Shown: positions 15,084 through 19,697 of the stretch, piece by piece
How positions within the stretch are numbered: position 1 is the first letter of the stretch
Layout of the letters: each line of letters starts with the position of its first letter
Source: Candidatus Eiseniibacteriota bacterium
GTDB lineage: Bacteria > Eisenbacteria > RBG-16-71-46
NCBI GenBank assembly: GCA_031364845.1
Contig: JANLWX010000149.1
Location: 1 to 19,697 of the forward strand
DNA: 19,697 nt
Direction: 5' to 3'
The notes under the pieces: generated by a model
Told to the model about the DNA's origin: nothing
The model's database searches: none
What the model saw: only the letters and a program-made list of their open reading frames with translations
Translations under genes and position numbers: made by a program

Positions 15084-16513
15084 GATTCGCTGCCGCGCTC
15101 ACTCTGAGCTTCGTGCTCGCCGTTGCCGTCGCACTTCCCGTGATGGCCGCACCCGCGGTCACTGGAACTCCGCCCGCCACCGCCGACACGCTGCGGCTCT
15201 CGCTCGATGACGCCGTGCGGCTCGCGCTCGAGCAGGGCATCGACATGCAGGTCGCGAACGCCGAAACGCGGATCGCCGCCGGGCGCATTCGCGAAACGGC
15301 CGCCGACGCATGGCCCCAGATCAGCGGCGCCGTCGACTACACGCGCCAGTTCGACAGCATCTTCAGCGGCGCCGGCGCCGCATCCGACACTGTGTTCGGC
15401 CCGCTGCTCGAGAACAGTCCGTTCGCGGCAGAGAAGACGTGGAAGGTCGATGTCACCGGAACCCAGACGCTCTACTCGCGCAAAGTCGGCGCCGGCGTGG
15501 GTGCCGCGCGCGCCTATCGCAAGCAGACCGATGCGAACCGCGCCGAGACCGCGGCGAGCGTCGCGCTGCGCGTGAAGCAGGCCTACCTCACCGCATCGGC
15601 GGCCGGTCAGCTGGTCGGGATCGCGAGCGCCGGACGCGATCAGGCGCAGGCGCACTTCAAGCAGGTGCAGTCGTTCCGCCGCGCGGGCACGCGAGCGGAA
15701 TACGATCTGATCCAGGCGCAGGTCGATGCGATGAACGCGGAGCCGCCGGTGGTCTCGGCACTCAACGACTACGAGCTTGCGATGCTGGATCTGAAGCGCG
15801 CGCTCGGCGTCTCGCTGCGTCAGCCGCTGGCGCTCGTCACGCCGCTGCGGGCGGCCGACGGAACGGTGCCGGTGCCGGACGATCCGTCGCTCGCTCCGGT
15901 GCAGCGCGCGGCACTCACCTCGGCCGACGCCGAAGTCGAAGGCCGCGAGAAGCTGCTCGATGTCGAGCGCGCGACCCGCTGGCCGGAGTTGAAGCTGTCG
16001 GGCACCGTGTCCCATCAGGCGTTTCCCGAAGACGAGTTCCCGACCCGCGATCAATTCCGCCGTAGCATCCAGGGCACCGCCCGGCTCGAGTTTCCGCTGT
16101 TCCTCGGACTCAAGTCGTTCGGCGCGATCCAGCGTGCGACCGCCGAAGTGCGCAAGGCCGAAGTGCGGCGCGAGGAGCTGCGCCAGCAGCTGGAACTCGA
16201 CATCGAGCGCGCGCGCCAGGACGTGCGCCGCACGCTCGCGCTGCTGCTCGCGCGCCGCGGCACCGTCGATCTCGCGCGGCGCGCGCACTATCTCGCGAAC
16301 GTGCGGTACACGAACGGCATCTCCACGCAGCTCGAAGTCACCGACGCGCGCTTTCAGATGATGACCTCCGAAGGCAACGAGGTGATCGCCGCACGGGACT
16401 ATCTCTACGCGCTGGCGCAGCTCGAGCGCGCGCTCGGACGTCCGGTTCCCACGACGCGGCGCGCGGTGAACGAGATCTCACCGATGACTCCCAACGAAAC
16501 GACTCCGCGATGA
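15080..16513 (+). CDS. TolC-family outer-membrane efflux channel
   Basis: Signal peptide, LSLDDAVRLALE, two OEP-type repeats (WPQISG.., WPELKLSG..), RYTNGISTQLEVTDA and YLYALAQLERALG; ATGA overlap with tetR. Confidence 0.92.
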   Translation: MRFAAALTLSFVLAVAVALPVMAAPAVTGTPPATADTLRLSLDDAVRLALEQGIDMQVANAETRIAAGRIRETAADAWPQISGAVDYTRQFDSIFSGAGAASDTVFGPLLENSPFAAEKTWKVDVTGTQTLYSRKVGAGVGAARAYRKQTDANRAETAASVALRVKQAYLTASAAGQLVGIASAGRDQAQAHFKQVQSFRRAGTRAEYDLIQAQVDAMNAEPPVVSALNDYELAMLDLKRALGVSLRQPLALVTPLRAADGTVPVPDDPSLAPVQRAALTSADAEVEGREKLLDVERATRWPELKLSGTVSHQAFPEDEFPTRDQFRRSIQGTARLEFPLFLGLKSFGAIQRATAEVRKAEVRREELRQQLELDIERARQDVRRTLALLLARRGTVDLARRAHYLANVRYTNGISTQLEVTDARFQMMTSEGNEVIAARDYLYALAQLERALGRPVPTTRRAVNEISPMTPNETTPR

Positions 16514-17676
16514 TCCGCCCGAGGACGACGATGAACGACCGAGTGCAGAACGCTTCGAAATGGGTTGTGAGAGTTACGGGCGTCGAACGGATCGAGGTCG
16601 CGCGCACGACGCGCGCCTTCGCCATGCTGCTGTTCGTGACGCTGGTGGTCGCGAGCGGATGTGGCGGTGCGAAGGCCAAGAAGGGCGATGCCGCCGCGGC
16701 TCAGGATGAACAGAACGTGCCCGCGCGTCTGGCCGCGACCGAGATCGCGGTGGCGCAGCGCATCGATCTCGCTGCCGGCATTCCGGTTTCGGGCACGCTC
16801 GAACCGGCGATCGACGTGCGGATCACGGCACCCGTGACCGAGATGATCGATCGCGTGCTCGTGAACGAAGGCGACACCGTCACGCGCGGCCAGGTGCTCG
16901 CGCGCTTCCGCACGGCGTCGCTCGCGCCCGACGCCGCGAGTGCGGACGCCGAGCTGAAGATGCGCGCCGCCGATCGCGAGCGCATGCAAAACCTGCTCAA
17001 GGAGGGCGCGGTGTCGGAGCGCGACGTCGAGAGCGCGGAGGCCGCGTGGCGCGCGGCCGCGGCGCGGCGGGCGCAGGCGCAAAACCGGCTCGGAGACGCG
17101 ACCGTACGCGCGTCGGTGCCCGGCGTGATCGCCACGCGTTACGTGCAGGGCGGCGATCGAGTGGCCGATGGCGACCCGCTGTTCCGGCTCGTGAACACGC
17201 GCCAGCTCGAATTCGAAGCCACCGTGCCGAGCGAGTACGTGCAGCAGATCAAGCCGGGTGCGGCGGTCGAGCTGACGATCACCGGCTACACCGCGGGTAC
17301 GGTGACCGGCCGGGTCGCGCGCGTGAACGCGGCCGCCGATCCCGCGACGCGGCAGGTCAAAGTCTACGTGACGGTCGACAATGCGAACGGCGCGCTGGTC
17401 GGCGGGCTGTTCGCGTCGGGCTCGCTCGTGACACACCAGCAGAAGGACGTGCTCGCGATTCCGACAGCGGCGATCCGCGTCGATGGGGCGAAGAATTGGG
17501 TGATGGTGCTCGACCACGGACGCCTCGCGCGCCGCGACGTGACGCCGGGACTCGCGGACGAAGCGCAGGATCGCGTCGAGATCTCAGCCGGCCTCGCCGC
17601 GGGCGACACGGTGGTCGCCGGCGCACTCGAAGGTCTGGTTCCCGGACGTCCGGTAATCGTCGCGGGAAAGGACTGA
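16510..17676 (+). CDS. RND efflux periplasmic adaptor (membrane fusion protein), probable lipoprotein
   Basis: Lipobox-like VVASG|C, lipoyl-half motifs (VLVNEGDTVTRGQVLA; VRASVPGVIATRYVQGGDRV), AADPATRQVKV, and GLAAGDTVV. The true start may be downstream of 16510. Confidence 0.92.
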   Translation: MIRPRTTMNDRVQNASKWVVRVTGVERIEVARTTRAFAMLLFVTLVVASGCGGAKAKKGDAAAAQDEQNVPARLAATEIAVAQRIDLAAGIPVSGTLEPAIDVRITAPVTEMIDRVLVNEGDTVTRGQVLARFRTASLAPDAASADAELKMRAADRERMQNLLKEGAVSERDVESAEAAWRAAAARRAQAQNRLGDATVRASVPGVIATRYVQGGDRVADGDPLFRLVNTRQLEFEATVPSEYVQQIKPGAAVELTITGYTAGTVTGRVARVNAAADPATRQVKVYVTVDNANGALVGGLFASGSLVTHQQKDVLAIPTAAIRVDGAKNWVMVLDHGRLARRDVTPGLADEAQDRVEISAGLAAGDTVVAGALEGLVPGRPVIVAGKD

Positions 17677-17679
17677 GCC

Positions 17680-19697
17680 ATGAGCCGCGCTCCGCACACG
17701 AACGAGCCTGAGGCGAAACAGCCCCGCGGCATGTTCCTGAGTGACCTGTCGATCCAGCGTCCGGTGCTCGCGACCATGATGATCGTGGCACTGGTGACAC
17801 TCGGCATCTTCTCGTTCCGCCGGCTCAACGTCGATCTGTGGCCCAAGGTCGACTTCCCGTTCGTCAGCATCACGACCCAGTACCCGGGCGCCTCGCCCGA
17901 CGCCGTCGAGCGCGAAGTTACGAAGAAGATCGAAGAGGCCGTGAACTCGGTCGAGGGCGTGAAGAAGATCACGTCGGTATCGAACGAGGCCTACAGCTCG
18001 GTGTTCATCGAGTTCCAGCTCTCGACCCAGGTCATGGACGCGGTCGCCGACGTGCGCGCCAAGATCGACGGCATCCGCCTCGAGCTGCCGAAGGACATCG
18101 ACCCGCCGGTGATCGCGAGGTTCGATGCGCAGGGCCTGCCGATCATGACGTTCGCGGTACAGGGCTCGGGCTGGTCACTGCGTGATCTCACGCGCCTTGC
18201 GGAAGAAGACATCAGCCGGCGGCTCCAGAACATTCCCGGCGTCGGCAGCGTGGCCGTGGTCGGCGGCGTGCGGCGCGAGATCCATGCGCTGATGCTGCCC
18301 GATCGCATGCAAGCTCTGGGCGTCTCGCCCGACATGGTGGTCGCCGCACTCGAGCGCGAAAACGCCGACGTGCCCGCCGGCCGCGTTCAGCGCGGCGGCA
18401 GCGAGAGCCTCGTTCGCATCAAGGGCCGCGTCGTCGATCCGCGTGACTTCGGCAACATCGTGGTGCTGAGCCGGGGCGGTTCGAGTGTGCGCCTGTCGCA
18501 GGTCGCGCGTGTCGAGGACTCGCAAGAGGAGGAGCGCGATGCCGCCTACGTCAGTGGCGAGCGCGCCGTGGTGGTCGAGATCCGCAAAGTCTCGGGCGGC
18601 AACACCGTCGAGATCGCCGACCGCGTGAATGCCGCAGTCGCGGACTTGAACCGCACGCTCGGACGCGGTGCCAGGCTCGCGGTTGTGCAGGACAACTCGG
18701 TGTGGATCCGCCACTCGGTCGAGGACGTGCAGAAGACGCTGGTCGAAGGCGCGATCTTGACGATCCTGATCGTGTTCATCTTCCTGAACTCGTGGCGCTC
18801 GACCGTGATCACGGGCCTCACGCTGCCGGTGTCGGTGATCGCGTCGTTCCTCGCGTTCTACGCGTTCGGATTCACGCTCAACACGATGACGCTGATGGCG
18901 CTGTCGCTCGTGATCGGCATCCTGATCGATGATGCGATCGTGGTGCGCGAGAACATCGTGCGCCACGTCGAGAAGGGCGAGGACCACGACACCGCCGCGC
19001 GCCGCGGCACTGCCGAGATCGGCTTTGCGGTGCTCGCGACCTCGCTCTCGATCGTCGCCGTGTTCGTTCCGGTCGCGTTCATGGGTGGCATCGTCGGCCG
19101 ATTCTTCTTCCAGTTCGGCATCGTCGTCGCCTTCGCCGTGCTCGTGTCGCTGTTCGTGTCGTTCACGCTCGATCCGATGCTGTCGTCCAAGTGGTACGAC
19201 CCGCAGGCCGAAGGCAACGCGCCGCGCGGTCCGATCGGCCGCGCGCTCCAGCGCTTCAACGATTCGTTCGCCGGCCTCGGCAAGCGCTATCGCGGCGTGA
19301 TCCACTGGGCGCTGCGCCACCGGCTGCTGACGATGGCCATCGCGGCGGCGTCGTTCGTCGCCGCGTTGCTGATGCCGATGCTCGGTGCCGTCGGCGGTGA
19401 GTTCATGCCCAAGTCCGACGAAGAGCAGACGATGGTCGCCTACGAAGCGCCGCTGGGCACGTCGCTCGACTACTCGACCGCGAAAGGCCGCGAGATCGAG
19501 GGCTGGCTGCTCAAGCGCCCCGAAGTGCTGCACACCTATCTCAGCATCGGCGGCGAGCAGCAGAACAACGCGGTCAACAAAGGCCAGATCTTCATCCAGA
19601 TGAAGCCGCGTCACGAGCGCAAGCTGAACCAGCAGGAGTTCGAAGCCGACATGCGCCGCACGCTGCCGCAGTTCGCCGGCGCGCAGGCGCGCATTCT
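17680..19697 (+). CDS. RND efflux permease, AcrB/AcrD/AcrF (HAE1) family, 3'-truncated by the window edge
   Basis: Absent from the ORF track because there is no stop in the window. Manual translation from ATG 17680 (or 17731): [42 protein letters not shown]...[21 protein letters not shown], and TM4 [14 protein letters not shown] at ~18916-18957. Frame is consistent to the end. Confidence 0.95.
   Translation, partial: MSRAPHTNEPEAKQPRGMFLSDLSIQRPVLATMMIVALVTLGIFSFRRLNVDLWPKVDFPFVSITTQYPGASPDAVEREVTKKIEEAVNSVEGVKKITSVSNEAYSSVFIEFQLSTQVMDAVADVRAKIDGIRLELPKDIDPPVIARFDAQGLPIMTFAVQGSGWSLRDLTRLAEEDISRRLQNIPGVGSVAVVGGVRREIHALMLPDRMQALGVSPDMVVAALERENADVPAGRVQRGGSESLVRIKGRVVDPRDFGNIVVLSRGGSSVRLSQVARVEDSQEEERDAAYVSGERAVVVEIRKVSGGNTVEIADRVNAAVADLNRTLGRGARLAVVQDNSVWIRHSVEDVQKTLVEGAILTILIVFIFLNSWRSTVITGLTLPVSVIASFLAFYAFGFTLNTMTLMALSLVIGILIDDAIVVRENIVRHVEKGEDHDTAARRGTAEIGFAVLATSLSIVAVFVPVAFMGGIVGRFFFQFGIVVAFAVLVSLFVSFTLDPMLSSKWYDPQAEGNAPRGPIGRALQRFNDSFAGLGKRYRGVIHWALRHRLLTMAIAAASFVAALLMPMLGAVGGEFMPKSDEEQTMVAYEAPLGTSLDYSTAKGREIEGWLLKRPEVLHTYLSIGGEQQNNAVNKGQIFIQMKPRHERKLNQQEFEADMRRTLPQFAGAQARI

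Noticed and set aside
9645..19614. Long antisense or alternate-frame ORFs (e.g. 9645..10991 +, 13098..14759 -, 14960..16288 -, 18175..19614 -)
   Set aside because: Arg/Ala-rich shadow ORFs expected opposite real genes in high-GC DNA; they carry no motifs.
1..19697. CRISPR array, tRNA, rRNA, or defence/retroelement system
   Set aside because: No regularly spaced short direct repeats or RNA-gene signatures were seen, the only repeats are intragenic protein domains, and no nuclease or reverse-transcriptase motifs were recognised.

Overview
GC-rich bacterial window. The C-terminal tails of its secreted proteins suggest an FCB-related candidate lineage (Eisenbacteria/Latescibacterota/Krumholzibacteria-like); this is inference only. 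From left to right: (1) the right end of an ISL3-family insertion sequence (transposase C-terminus plus terminal repeat ending GAAGAGCC, missed by the ORF track), which interrupts a lower-GC parallel beta-helix gene; (2) a minus-strand polysaccharide flippase plus hexapeptide acyltransferase pair with a candidate sigma-54 promoter; (3) a ~1670-aa adhesin-like protein with autotransporter-associated beta-strand repeats and eight Ig-like repeats but no beta-barrel; (4) a beta-lactamase-fold serine hydrolase lipoprotein; (5) a SorAB-like pair (Tat-exported sulfite-oxidase-family molybdoenzyme plus monoheme cytochrome c); (6) a small CxxC-CxxC protein and an NADPH-dependent FMN reductase; (7) a Cys-rich secreted protein with cohesin-like, dockerin-like and FlgD-Ig/T9SS-like modules behind a structured leader; (8) a TetR-TolC-adaptor-RND efflux operon running off the right edge. 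The best leads for undescribed biology are the cohesin/dockerin-like protein, the barrel-less adhesin with a pilin-like C-terminal domain, and the short 'SLGRVKVRYR' C-terminal tail. No CRISPR array, tRNA or rRNA was seen.
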